NCBI GenBank assembly: GCA_964016885.1
Contig: OZ024740.1
Coordinates: 173,910,001 to 173,974,000 of the forward strand
Source of the DNA: Eledone cirrhosa
Lineage: Eukaryota
Direction: 5' to 3'
DNA length: 64,000 bases
Positions 12,816 through 25,254 of this stretch are shown here, one piece after another. The position numbers and the translations under genes are program-made. Under the pieces are notes generated by a model that was given only the letters and a program-made list of their open reading frames with translations, was not told where the DNA came from and made no database searches. Every line of letters begins with the position of its first letter. Positions within the stretch are counted from its first letter, which is position 1.

Positions 12816-14391
12816 TCGATTATCTGGTGGGCCCTTAGAAAACTAGGTGTTGATGAATGGCTTGTGAGAACTATACAAGCCATGTATAAAGAAACAGTCA
12901 GCAAGGTTAGAATTAACAACGAATATAGTGAAGAGTTTAGCGTAAAAGTTAGTGTTCATCAGGGCTCCGTCCTTAGCCCCCCACTATTTATTATTGCCCT
13001 TCAGGCTATAACAGAGAAGTTCAAGACCGGCTGCCCATGGGAACTCCTATATGCAGATGATCTAACGCTCATAGCTGAATCAATGGCTGAACTAGAGAAG
13101 AAATTCCAAACATGGAAGCATGGCCTAGAATCAAAAGGCCTTAAAGTTAACTTGTCTAAGACTAAAGTTCTAGTTTGTAGGAAGGAAAATAGGGCACCGG
13201 TCCCATCTGGGAAATGGCCATTCTCAGTGTGTAGGAAAGGAGTAGGTAGAAACTCCATTTTATGTCCCAAATGCAAAGTATGGGTACATAAAAGATGTAG
13301 TGGGATCACAGGTAAGCTAACTAAGAATATAGATTTTATATGTGGCCGGTGCTCTGGTGCAATAAGTAGCAGCAAGTGCCTACAGAATACTAACTCATTC
13401 CATTGCACAGATGGTTCTATAGAAATAGTGGACAGCTTCCGTTACCTGTGTGACAAAATCAGCAGTGGGGGAGGGTGCTCTGAAAGTACAGTAGCTAGAG
13501 TCAGAACTAGATGGAAAAAGTTCAGAGAGCTTATACCACTATTGGCCGCTAAAGGGTTCTCTCTAAAAATGAAAGACAGGCTATATGATGCCTGCATACG
13601 AACAGCAATGTTACATGGCAGTCAGACCTGGGCATTGTGTGCAGAGGATATACACAGACTGGAGAGAAACGAAGCTTGCATGCTCCGCTGGATGTGTAAT
13701 AGTAATATACGTGAACGGCAAAGCATAAATGAACTAAGGGAGAAATTAGAAATAAGAGGTATCACATGTTATTTACTCTAGAGAAGACTACGTTGGTATG
13801 GTCACGTGATGCTCATGAAAGACGACAGCTGTATAAAAAAGTGCAGCGCAATAAAAATAGACGGTAGCCACGGAGTAGGCAGACCCAGAAAAACCTGGGA
13901 CGACTTGATAAATTCCGACCTCACACACTTACACCTCTCCAAGACAATGTCACTGGACCGAGATCTTTGGCGCTACACAGTAATAGAGAAGACCCGCCTT
14001 ACCTAAGTGCAAAGTGAAACCTACTACAGTCAGTAGGCACCTCTAACAAAATACACCCCCGTCCCACTACCCCCAACCAATCCACACCATCCCTTTCAAT
14101 GTAAAGTTATGTTGGTACCACAACATCCAGCCCGAAACAAATGAGGTCGTGTACGTGTCACGACAAAAAAACACACAGTCCACGCTGTAATGTGGCCGTG
14201 TAGGTAACACGGTAAAAACCTCCCAGTTACACACTGTAAATGCGGTTGGTGTTAGGAAGGGCACCCAGCCGTAGAAAACCCGCCAGACAGTCCTATGCGA
14301 GCAAGACAACCACTCTTGCCTCAAGTGGGAAAACTCCCGTCCACACCCATGCGAGCGTGGAATATGGACGTTAAACGATGATGATGATGAT
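12813..14391 (+). mobile_element. 5'-truncated RTE-group non-LTR retrotransposon
   Basis: ORF 12864-13781 has HQGSVLSP and LLYADDL, continuing after a stop into RRLRWYGHV and GRPRKTW. The 3' UTR ends tggacgttaaac(gat)n. Confidence 0.9.
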
Positions 14392-14407
14392 ATATATATA
14401 TATATAT

Positions 14408-15364
14408 ACTAGACATGAAAAATGCGCAAGCTCAAAAGTGCCACAGAATGTTATAATAAACCTTCAAAAGTGTGGGACTAGAGTTGTTGCTAAAAAATAT
14501 TGTAATCATTATATATCGTACATTCTGTGGCATCCTTTATAAAAATAGCTTAAACCAACGAAGCCTTTATTTTTACGCTATTTCACTTAGTTAATTCTTA
14601 GAGTGTAACATATAAAAATATGATTTACAACTATAAAATAAATTAATTAATATAATAACAGAGCTGCGGAGCTGAAATTTAGGAAATAATGGAGTATCGG
14701 ATCCTGAGTTGGAGCCAGTCAATTTTTGGCCGACTCCGCAGCCCTGTATAATACATTTCATATTAAAGTTATTAATAAACCTATTTTACACTTCATGCAA
14801 ATTACCACGAGATATTGATATTAGATATAAGATACAGCGCAATATCTACAGCTGTAAAAGTACGAAAGCGAAGTAATAATAAGTGGCTTAAGGTAATTCC
14901 AATATGAAAGTTTGTAGTGATAAAAATTTGATAATGCAATACGATTGTTAATATTATAGTTCTATGAAAATGTAACAATAGATAACTAAATTATTTTACT
15001 ATTAGTATATTTAAGAAATTATCATTATAGATTTGATCGTTCATATAAGCATCATATTAAGTTTCAACACAATTATTTTGTTACTATGAGTATATGATAA
15101 TAATATTACGTAATTATTTATAGCTGTTATTACATTAAACATAGATGTATTTATTTTTATATGTTACACTCTAAGAATTAACTAAGTGAAATAGCGTAAA
15201 AATAAAGGCTTCGTTGGTTTAAGCTATTTTTATAAAGGATGCCACAGAATGTACGATATATAATGATTACAATATTTTTTAGCAACAACTCTAGTCCCAC
15301 ACTTTTGAAGGTTTATTATAACATTCTGTGGCACTTTTGAGCTTGCGCATTTTTCATGTCTAGT
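14408..15364. repeat. Long inverted repeat, 213-bp near-perfect arms (14408-14620 / 15152-15364)
   Basis: actagacatgaaaaatgcgc...gtgtaacatataaaaata and its reverse complement, around a ~530-bp AT-rich spacer. Confidence 0.9.
14659..14746. mobile_element. hAT-like MITE
   Basis: TIRs cagagctgcggag/ctccgcagccctg, with an 8-bp TSD tataataa/tataatac. Confidence 0.65.
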
Positions 15365-15922
15365 TTAATATTTTTTTAAGGCAACGCTTGTAATAACTCT
15401 AGTTAAACAGGATATATATTAATAATAAATTATCGTTGTAATGTAATTAGATTATGTAATTGTTATTATAAATTATCTTATAAATATTAGTGTAAGATGT
15501 ATAAAAATATTTTCAGACTTTTAATATAAACAACTACAAAAAACAATCAATATTAAATCAATATATTATACATAATAGAAAACATAAAATATACAATACA
15601 AAAACAAAATATTTACATACAATTGCAATTATCAGTGTATATACATTTTCTTTATATTCCCTGAGCAAATTAATAAGATTTGTTTTTATTGTACATAATT
15701 TGATGACTTGTTGGAGTGTATTAAAAGATAGCAACAATTTGTGATTAAATTGTTATCTTAAGCAACTCACTTTTTAATAGTTGTTTGCTGAGCGAAATTG
15801 TAAAAGCCTATGAGCAAATATAAAAAAAAATACACAAACAACATTTCCTTGTGTTATTACAACATTAGATAAAATAATTGAGCAATGTCGTTATATTTTG
15901 CTCTTATTGCACATTAATAGTG

Positions 15923-16087
15923 TTTCTATTTTTCGGCACAAATCCATTACGGCAGTCCATTACTGGTACTTTATTTTATCGAATTAGTAAGTATGAAAGT
16001 CGAAGTTAACCTCGGCAGGATTTGAACTTAGAATGCAAAGGACCATAACAATACTGCAAAGCATGGTGTCTGACGCTCTACCAATAC
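15923..16087 (-). mobile_element. SINE, same family as 943-1118 (diverged)
   Basis: actggtactttattttatcga...gttaacctcggcaggatttgaac. Confidence 0.75.
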
Positions 16088-16478
16088 TTGTGTTGAGCTG
16101 GTCATTAATTTATGGTGGTCGTGCGTGGAGTAGAGCAATCGCTAGTTGAAATATTATGAACAAAACATTTTTATTTGCCGAAGAACATATTTTCAATACT
16201 GTTTGTGAATGTGACGAAGGAAATACATTCTGATATGGAACAGTGTACAAAGTGTGTCTGTGAATAACATAATGTTACCTCATGTTGTTGTCAAGACATA
16301 ATGGATTTCGTATATCCAGTTAGAAGATGAAACCTAGCCATCTCGGATTAGTTATATTTCATGCCATGTGTAAACGTGTTTGAGGATAGCAAAATATGCG
16401 CGTTAATTATAATAATTAGTTAATAATATTACAAAATATACCTAATTAAACTCTTTGCTTGAAATTTTATCATTCTTC

Positions 16479-16510
<32 letters not shown>

Positions 16511-16513
<3 letters not shown>

Positions 16514-16926
16514 GGAGGTGAGTTTTATTGTAGTACAATAAAGCAATGCAGATATCGGATAAGAAGCACTCTACAGTTTGTGGGACTGGAGTATGCATAA
16601 TATAAGATCAAAAGATGGTTAAAGGAGTTCAATATATTTTATTATGCGCATTTCAAAAACAAACATCATCAAACAATAATATTTGTGTTTTCATCAGATA
16701 AAACAGGAGAACATGATATGAAGGCTAAAAAAACACTTGTTAATAGTGCAGTTTTAAATCAACATATGTTGATTTAAAACTGCACTATCAACAAGTGTTT
16801 TTTTAGCCTTCATATCATGTTCTCCTGTTTTATCTGATGAAAACACAAATATTATTGTTTGATGATGTTTGTTTTTGAAATGCGCATAATAAAATATATT
16901 GAACTCCTTTAACCATCTTTTGATCT

Positions 16927-16935
<9 letters not shown>
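16511..16935. mobile_element. Loop-less palindrome (16597-16935) of a Penelope-like 3' end between (TA)n tracts
   Basis: ~170-bp arms centred on aacatatgtt (16761-16770); each arm contains a hammerhead. Confidence 0.85.
16828..16894 (+). ncRNA. Type I hammerhead ribozyme
   Basis: uuuuau-CUGAUGA-stem II-GAAA-UGCGCA-UA-auaaaa: 6-bp stem I, palindromic stem III, AUA triplet. Confidence 0.7.
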
Positions 16936-17021
<86 letters not shown>

Positions 17022-19073
17022 GATTTATCTAGTCCTTCGCTCAAGATTAATCTATAAGTTTAGATGTTTGCCTTCGTTTAAGTAAATATTACAGTAAGAT
17101 TTTTAATATAAACAACTACAAAAAACAATTAATATTAAAACGAAAAAATTATCAATGATAAAAGAAGCGGATGCAACTTTTTTTTTTATAAAGTTATATT
17201 CCTGTTTCTTTAAAGAACATTTCATTTTTGTTCTATTGTAGGCGAAATAATGCAATGGTTTAATAGGGAAGATATAACTTACGAATTATGTCTCTAACCG
17301 TGTAACGCTTTTTAAGTAGATAACTACAATTGAAAATACTAAAGAAATGGAACCAACAATTCAATTTGAAAGTCGTCTACTTATAGTGACAGTGTATTAC
17401 TGGTACTTTATTTTATCGACCCCGTAACGATGAAAGGCAAAAATGCAAATGCTTAAAATTTAAATTGCCTTAACTCTATCGTCTGCTGTTTCATTAAAGG
17501 GAGATTATCGTCTGTATTTAATTCTATCGTCTACTGTTCCACTAAACAGATATACCTCCACTATCGTCTCTATTTATACATTTTAACTTATAACTTATAC
17601 ACATTTGATTTGAAATATTTTATCTAGTCCCCACTCTCAATATTATGATGATTTCTTTCGAATGAAACAGTTCTAGTCCTGTAGAAGCCATTTATATATA
17701 TAATTGAACTGAGTTAAAAATTCACAATATTTATAATTAAATAAGCTCATATATATATGTGTGTATTTATCTGTTTATTGTATTATATATAATGTGTGTA
17801 TATACAGGATGTCCCCCAAAAATATATACACACTTCAACAGCATTCTAATAACTATTGCCTGTACAGGTAATCAAAGTGTCAATCGAATGTTAGTTTCGT
17901 GTTTTAACAGTACAAATTTACAATACACACATAAAACCAGTGTATATACATACATGAGTGTGTATACACATACATGAATGTGTATATACAATATATATGT
18001 ATATATATATAGACACATATATTCACGGTGCAACGGTACATTAAAATATAGATGCGGGAGAGGGGGGGGGGGGTGTATATATAGGGGCGCTGGGGATAAA
18101 GGAGTGTAAAGCGTGTGTAATTGATATATTGAAGGAGAGGAGCGTGCAGCGATAGAGTAACAAATATATAGAGAGGGGGAGAGATGGTATTGAAGGGGAG
18201 GAGTGCAAAGCGAAAGAGTAAGAGATATATATAGAGACGGAACAGATAGAGAGAAACAGGCGTAAGTAACAGTGGAAGAGATATAGAGAGAGGTACTCTG
18301 ATTGGTTGAAAATTAGCCAATGACATACGATCACCACCACCACGGCTATCCCCGAAAAATTTTTAAAGAAGCTAGGCATATATGTTAGAACACGAAAAGT
18401 GAACATTCTGTTGTTTCACACTTTTCGTGTTCTAACAGATATATATAATTATATATAACATATTAGAAAATTATTAAAAGAAATGAACATTTCGTGGTAT
18501 TTATGCACGAGTTATTTTTCATCCTTGTAAAACAATTTTCCTTTGTCAAGTATTTCCACAGCTTCACAACTGCTCAATGAGAACAACATAAAATGTTATT
18601 GTTGTCAGTGTTGACAACAGAGTTATCAAATGTATGCCTGTCTTGACCATCCCGATCTTCTCTTATATTTTGCATCTAAACCATCATTATCCGATGTATC
18701 CACCTGTCTATATAAGACGTTAGGGTGAAATTTGAGAGAAATGGGCATGCTATTTCTAGCTTGTCGAACTCTGCATGACCAAAATACTAATATTTTATAA
18801 CTTGACGTTATTTGTTGACTTTCGAAAAAATACTGTACGATTATCAACACATTTATTAACAGATTCATTATAATAATTGTTCTCATTCCCTCGCAATGGT
18901 TTGTATCCACAACTTTGTTAGGGTATAGTTAAAGTGATTTCTGTATTTAGTGCACAAATTAACCGTGTACCTATAATAGAAAAATCAATTAAACCGAGGT
19001 TTTATAGAATTGATTTCAAGTCTGACCAACATATATGACATTTTTATTTCATTTTTTTATTGGATCTTTATCA

Positions 19074-19268
19074 AATAATTGTTTCTACTTTTGGCACAAG
19101 GCCAGCAATTACCCCAGTGCATTACTGGTGTTTTATTTTATCGACCCCGTAAGGATGAAAAGCAAAGTTAACCTCGGCGGGATTTGAACTCAGATCATAA
19201 AGGGCCGTAACACTATGCTGTAAAGCATGGTATCCGACCCTCTACTGATACTGCCAATCCACCGCCCT
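19074..19268 (-). mobile_element. SINE, full length
   Basis: Reverse complement of agggcggtggattggcagtatc...gtagaaacaattatt. Confidence 0.9.
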
Positions 19269-20887
19269 CAATGGTTGCTTTAAATAATAAAGGTGTGTTC
19301 ATTGGAAACAAACTTATTTCTGATGTTTAGTTTAAAGAAGCAAATCTATCATTGATTTTACAGTTTACTTGAATGAAAATATCCTTATACACATTAAACC
19401 GTAACGACTGTATTAATGATTTCTTCATTATATGGCACATGCCGAATACGTCAGTGAAGTTTATTCTTTTACGAGCTAATAATCACGACTAAATCTTTAA
19501 GCAAAAATTGCAAATGAATCGTTACGGTTCTAAACAGTAATCGAAACTGGGTAGCTGACTCAACCATTTCGAACTTTACTACAATTTTATAATTTTATCA
19601 TTCATGATATTTTTTAATACAATTTTTATAAGACTCAAACCTAGCTCCCCTCACAAAAAAAAAAGATATGTACTACATTCCTAAAGAACTTAATATACTC
19701 TTTTCACTTTTGACAATTAATAAAGGGCAATAAGATAGTATGGCTCATGTATTTTTTCAAAAGCATCAATGGTTTAAGTGAAATGAATTAACTTGGATTA
19801 AATCTACATGGGAGTTTTAGTTTGCTGAGGGGTTTACTGTCTGCTCTAAGATTTCATATAGTGTCAATTCAGTAGCCCCTACAACTTTCCTTTTCTTTTG
19901 CTCTGCCCTTTTAATGCGAACTGCTTTCAGAGATAAATACATGTATGTGTGAGTAATGATAAGGATGTTTGTGTATTTGTAAGATATTAGCAGATAGATA
20001 CTATTAATATGTACTTCAACTTGTGTATCGCTTACATATCATTCAGCCCCATTTGAGCTTGCACGTTAGCATCCATCGGATATCAATTAAATCGACCCCA
20101 ACATTAAAAAAATATCTGGTTTAGAACTCAGAACGCAAATGCGATGTGCAAACGATTCTGCCAATACCTTGTTACCATACAATCTAAGTTTTAATATATT
20201 GATAAGAATCAAAGCAACCTACGAAAGCAGAATCTACAATAATTTTTTTCAGTTTCAAATATCGGATCACTATCTTGACATAAATCTTGATAATATATTA
20301 GAAGATGGTGTTAAGACGAAGCCTGCGTCACAAAACAGACGTTTAAAAGTAGATAAAAACGATAATTTGTCTTTATTTTTTGTTGTTGCTGTCTCTCTCA
20401 ATGTTTCTGCTGGAGCGAATGTTGATGTTATGCATATATTTAGGACATGTTCGTGACACTTGTATCACCTTGAATGGTTGTATTTCTAGTGTGATGTGAT
20501 ACATTTGTGTAAAGATATCATTTATAGTATCTATGCAAGATTATATGACCCTCGGTGGTTTGGTCCAAACTATCTTTGTGTATGGAGGGGGTTATGTATT
20601 TGTAACACTAATATCAAGTGTGTTAGTAGTATTCACTTGTAGATCTGATCGGATCTTTGTAGAGGGGTAGTAATTGTTTGGAGCTGTAGCATTTTGACAA
20701 TAAAAGAAAGCCAGTTTTTGTAATGCAGTCGTGAACTGATCATTTCAGATATTTTCTACATTCTGTATGACATTCATAGTGTTGCTAATTCAATACTTTT
20801 TCGTAGACGGTATCATGATTGTATGTATTGTCCGCTGAGATGACAATAATCGTTGAAATGTCCGCATAAGAATGTTATAGCATAAAT

Positions 20888-21073
20888 GTGGATTGGCAGT
20901 ATCGGTAGAGGGTCGGGCGCCATGCTTTGAAGCATAGAGTTACCTCCCTTTATGATCTGAGTTCAAATCCCGCTGAGGTTAACTTTGCCTTTCATCCTTA
21001 CGGGGTCGATAAAATAAAGTACCAGTAATGCACTGGGATAATTGCTGGCCTTGTGCCAAAAGTAGAAACAATT
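20888..21073 (+). mobile_element. SINE, near full length
   Basis: gtggattggcagtatcggtagagggtcgg...gcctttcatccttacggggtcgataaaataaagtacc...gtagaaacaatt. Confidence 0.9.
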
Positions 21074-21512
21074 ATTTGTTTAATGTCGTCACCAAAACGC
21101 ATGCACCTCACGCAAATTGGTTTGGCCACTTCAAATATTTTCTATATCTTTATAACTTCTATAGCGTTGATTTAGCAACATATCTTTGTACAGGGAATAA
21201 TGTTGGTAGTTATTCTTCAATGAGATGACAATACTCATTGAAACGTCGGTATAAGAATGAGCTCATATTTTCCTGTGTGCGGAGGAATATTTGTAAAATG
21301 CTTACATTTCATAGCTCGTTTTTCCCACATAAGGCTTCTAAATCCCAAACCATAGTTATATCTACTTTAGGTTTACATTTATCTTCATATATGCTATATA
21401 GAAAACATGACTATGTTCCAATTTGATCATTTTTATTAAGGGTTTTTCGTATTTCCATATTAGTTCTTTAAAACTAGTTTGGAACAGTTAGCGTTCCTTA
21501 ATCCATTTGTGC

Positions 21513-21551
21513 ATTAACATTTCGAAGACTTCACGGCTCCATCTTCAGAAT
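21513..21551 (-). ncRNA. Degenerate minimal hammerhead motif (probable PLE end)
   Basis: auu-CUGAAGA-uggagccgugaagucuuc-GAAA-uguua-au on the minus strand. Confidence 0.4.
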
Positions 21552-22419
21552 CAGAATAGTCATATTAGTAGTGTGTTGGTCACATGCTTCGCATTAATTG
21601 TAAGGGATCATGAGAGTGGTAAAAAATCATCGACTCCTGATTTAAAATTTCTCAAAGGTTGAAAGCCTAGCAGCTATTATAAGTGGTTTCATGTATGCAG
21701 TATCTGAGTTAATTTTTTATTTATATTCTGATATTAGTAGAGTCCTCATAATTGTTTGCTTGCAGAAATACCTCAACAACCCGCGACGATGACAGCAACG
21801 ACGAACCGGCGTGGGTGCCTTTCGTTCGGCACTTATTTCCACAGCTTGTCTCCTTAGCGAAAGTGCTGTCCTGGGTAAAGCAGAGACCGAGGATGAAAGA
21901 CTGGCCTCTAGAATTTTACCAGGCACACACAGCTTTCTAGTAATTGAGCAACGCAATCTGGGCCTTCGAAACAACGGTTGCTTTTATATAGGGTTATGAG
22001 AAGGAATGATCGACGAGGACTGTCTGAGCAGACACTTCTAGAATATGTTCAGGTCGGGAACCATACACAATTTTCAAACTGTTCGAGACAAGCAAAACTG
22101 GCATGGCAGTGGCAAGAGGTGAACCTATCTAATATGCGCACAAGATGACGAAATCGTCTCGCATGCCTGTTGTTGCATTTGGGACACATGTAAATGTCAA
22201 CTGAATTCTAGTGATAATTGAACTGCCTTCTTTCTTTGGCATGGTAAATGTATTATTACACTTATAGTGTTTGTTGATTTCGACTCTTTTTACTCGATAT
22301 AAACCCCTCTTTGTGTTGTAATTCGTACTTCTATTGTCTCCAACCTTTTGAGCATTTAAGGGCAAAAAAAGAAACCACCACCAAAACTACCACCACCACT
22401 GTTTTAACCAAAGAATCTA

Positions 22420-24780
22420 TCTAGTTTTAGAATTTCCCAAACAGTTTTAGCTTATCCATAAACGGAAGGTGGTTTATGAGTAGTCCTTTCTTTCCACATA
22501 GGTAACGTGCTTTAACTTTCCCAAGTGTCAGTGTTATAGGTATAAGAGCAATGACAAATACATTGTTCGAATACAACTTCCACTCTAGCATACTATTCAG
22601 AAGACAATTTGGGACGTTGTCAGCAATACCAAACATCTGCAGGAATTCAATAATCTAAGAATGAGGCACCATATCATATGCTTTCATGAACTCAATCCAG
22701 GTTATAGACATGTTGGTATAATGGTTTTTACAATGCCTCAAAACTGTCATATCGATCACCAGGTGATCTTTGGGACCCTGAAAACTTTTCCTACATTCTT
22801 TTTGTTCCCTTGTTAATGTTACTTCCTGTAAAAGAAATGTACATGCCTTCTCCGAAAATATTCCTGTAAGTACCTTCCATATTATGTTCAGGCATGATAT
22901 AGGACTGTATTTTCCCACAGCATTCCCCCTACTTCTATCTTTTATTATAAGCGCTGTTCTTCCCATTACAATTCAAGAGGAAACTGTGACTCTTTGGACA
23001 CATTCATTCAATTGAGTTGCCAGTCTTTCATGAACCGCATTGCATCTCTTCAACCAAAAGCTATGAATCCCATCTGGACCGGGACCTTTCCAGTTGATCT
23101 CTCAACTTGATACCTTGGCCACTTGATCCCTCACACCAGCTGTGAATGTCTCTCTGTCTATTTCCTCTTAGGAACTCTGTCTTGATAGTTTTTATCCACT
23201 CAGCATCCCTTCTATGCATCACAGTGTTTTCCCATATCCTATTCCACAACTCCTTGACCAGGTCAGCATTAGGAATAGCATCCTTCTCATTGTCTCCTTC
23301 CCAAATTACAGAAGAATTGTTTTGGATTATTTTAGAACAATCTATTCTCCTCGAACTGTTTATTTCTGTTCACATGTCTTCATATCTTCTGGCTTATCGA
23401 CAAAATCATGTTTTAATTGTTCCATTACTGCATAAAATCCATTCTTCCGTATTTTATACTTCTTTATTAATGTCTCCCAATCAGTCTTTTTTCTGCTTTT
23501 CCATTTCCCTCTAAACCATTGCTCAATTTTACTAAGATCTTGCCATAACCACATTGTCATTTTCAATGGGGCGTTTCTTTGCACTTACTCTGCTTTGTCT
23601 TCGTTAGTTGTAATTTTTCCTCAACAAGTGCAATAGCTCGGATAAGATTCCTAGTTTGCGGTATATCCTCTGTCTGGATATGTGGTATGACAACATTTAT
23701 CTTTTTTTGTAATTTCATTAATCTTACTGCTATCCACCCTTCTCATATACATCGGGTTTTTTTCTAAAGGAGCATTCGTCAAATCCAAAAGCCGTCTTTG
23801 TAACACAAGCGATTCATAATCAAATTAGCTCCCTCCTCTTGTATAACCATCTTCAGCAATACTAAGGTTCCATCTATAACCTCTCTCTTCAGCAGTCCTA
23901 ACAATCTCATGATAGTTTCCCAGTTCCTGTTGTCTATTTTTCTCTCTGACTTTAACTGTAGAAATGGCTTCAGCTTCTACTCTAATCACCATTTGTTGCT
24001 CACCTGCAGCTTCCCCTAAACGTTCACTAATCCGAGATATTTCTATCTTAGTTAACCAACTCTTCGTCCTATTGTTTTATTTTTTGTACCTTTGATTTCT
24101 GTGTTAGTCTGGATTTTGTTATTCTTGTTTGCGTAGATCTAAGGTGGTACCACTTTCTTTCGTTACAACAGCGGCTGTTGCATATATTATGTTATTTAGC
24201 CTTGTGATACTAATTTTTTTATTTGGTTAGATTAGCGTTTTCTTTAAAGTTGTTGCTATTTTATTACTTTGAAAAGTGTCTTCTTTGGGCTATGGGGGAT
24301 TTTCTATTGTTTGCAATTCTTAGATTATTTCCAGCTTTATCCTATTGTAGTCTTGAATTTCATCTTTAGGGTTTCTTTTTCCTGCATCTGTTTTCCTGAG
24401 TCAGTTTTTGTCGGTCAGTATTCTGTATGTCTTTTAGGGTTGGTTTTTGTTGTTTTGTTGTTTAATTTATCTGTTTTGGATATGTTGGTTTTATTTTCAT
24501 GTTTTACATACTCAATATATTTACGTTTGTTTGTTGTTTTGTGCTCGTTATTTGTGTTTCCGTAGTATATTTGTTCTTTTAAATGTTCTACTTCCATATC
24601 TGATAGTTTGTTTTATTTTTAATATATAACTCCTTAAAGTTTGTTGGGATCGAATGTGGATTTTTTTGCCAGATTTAATAAATATGCGTTCTGTTTTCAT
24701 TTTTAGGGTATAGTGTTTCCGTAAAATATACGTGTAAAATCAAACCATATTGCTCTCGTGTCAATTTGAGCCGTTTTGAT
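22420..24780 (-). mobile_element. Decayed R4/Dong-like non-LTR retrotransposon remnants (probably two 5' portions)
   Basis: GRTALIIKDRSRGNAVGKYSPISCLNIIWKVLTGI, WIEFMKAYDMVPHS and INHLPFMDKLKLF; upstream NNIIYATAAVVT near 24170. Many stops and frameshifts; no 3' end. Confidence 0.75.
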
Positions 24781-25254
24781 TTTATTCGTGGCCCCTGAGA
24801 GGTAAAGTCCGGCCTATCATTTAGAATTCTATCATCGTTGTTAAGTATCGGTCTTTATGCTTCTAAAATAGTACGTGGTAAGAAACTCTAAGGAGAGTTA
24901 GTCAGCAGAAGGTCTTCAGAGAAGAAAGCTTCTTATGTAAGTGTTTCGGCCCTTAACTTCTTACACTTTAAGGAGGCCTGGCCAACCAAGGTCATGACTC
25001 ATGGGTGCCCTTCTGCTGACATTTCTCAGCCACTTAGATATAGGAGACGTGTATTTAAACCGTAGGGAGATTTGATAAGATCTAGCTGGAAGTTATCGTC
25101 GTTATCTCTGCTTTCAAACTTATATTTAAATGCTTTCTTGAGTTTGGAAATAATACGTTAGTAGTCATGCCAACGTGAACACTACTACCACAACTTACTC
25201 AGGGTTACTTATCTTACCGTACCTTAAAATACAACCACAATGCCCTCAAACGGT

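Noticed and set aside
16597-16935. Palindromes as assembly or amplification chimeras
   Set aside because: Not excluded for the most perfect ones, but arms in several cases differ by substitutions, deletions and a SINE insertion, and they end at TE termini.
17800-18910. Possible Tc1/mariner remnants (tacaggatgtccc end; RRSGWSR motif)
   Set aside because: No paired TIR or DDE motif visible; too decayed to call.
20430-20870. Very old RTE-like coding remnant (also ~4560-4760)
   Set aside because: Only faint motif resemblance; not supportable without an alignment.
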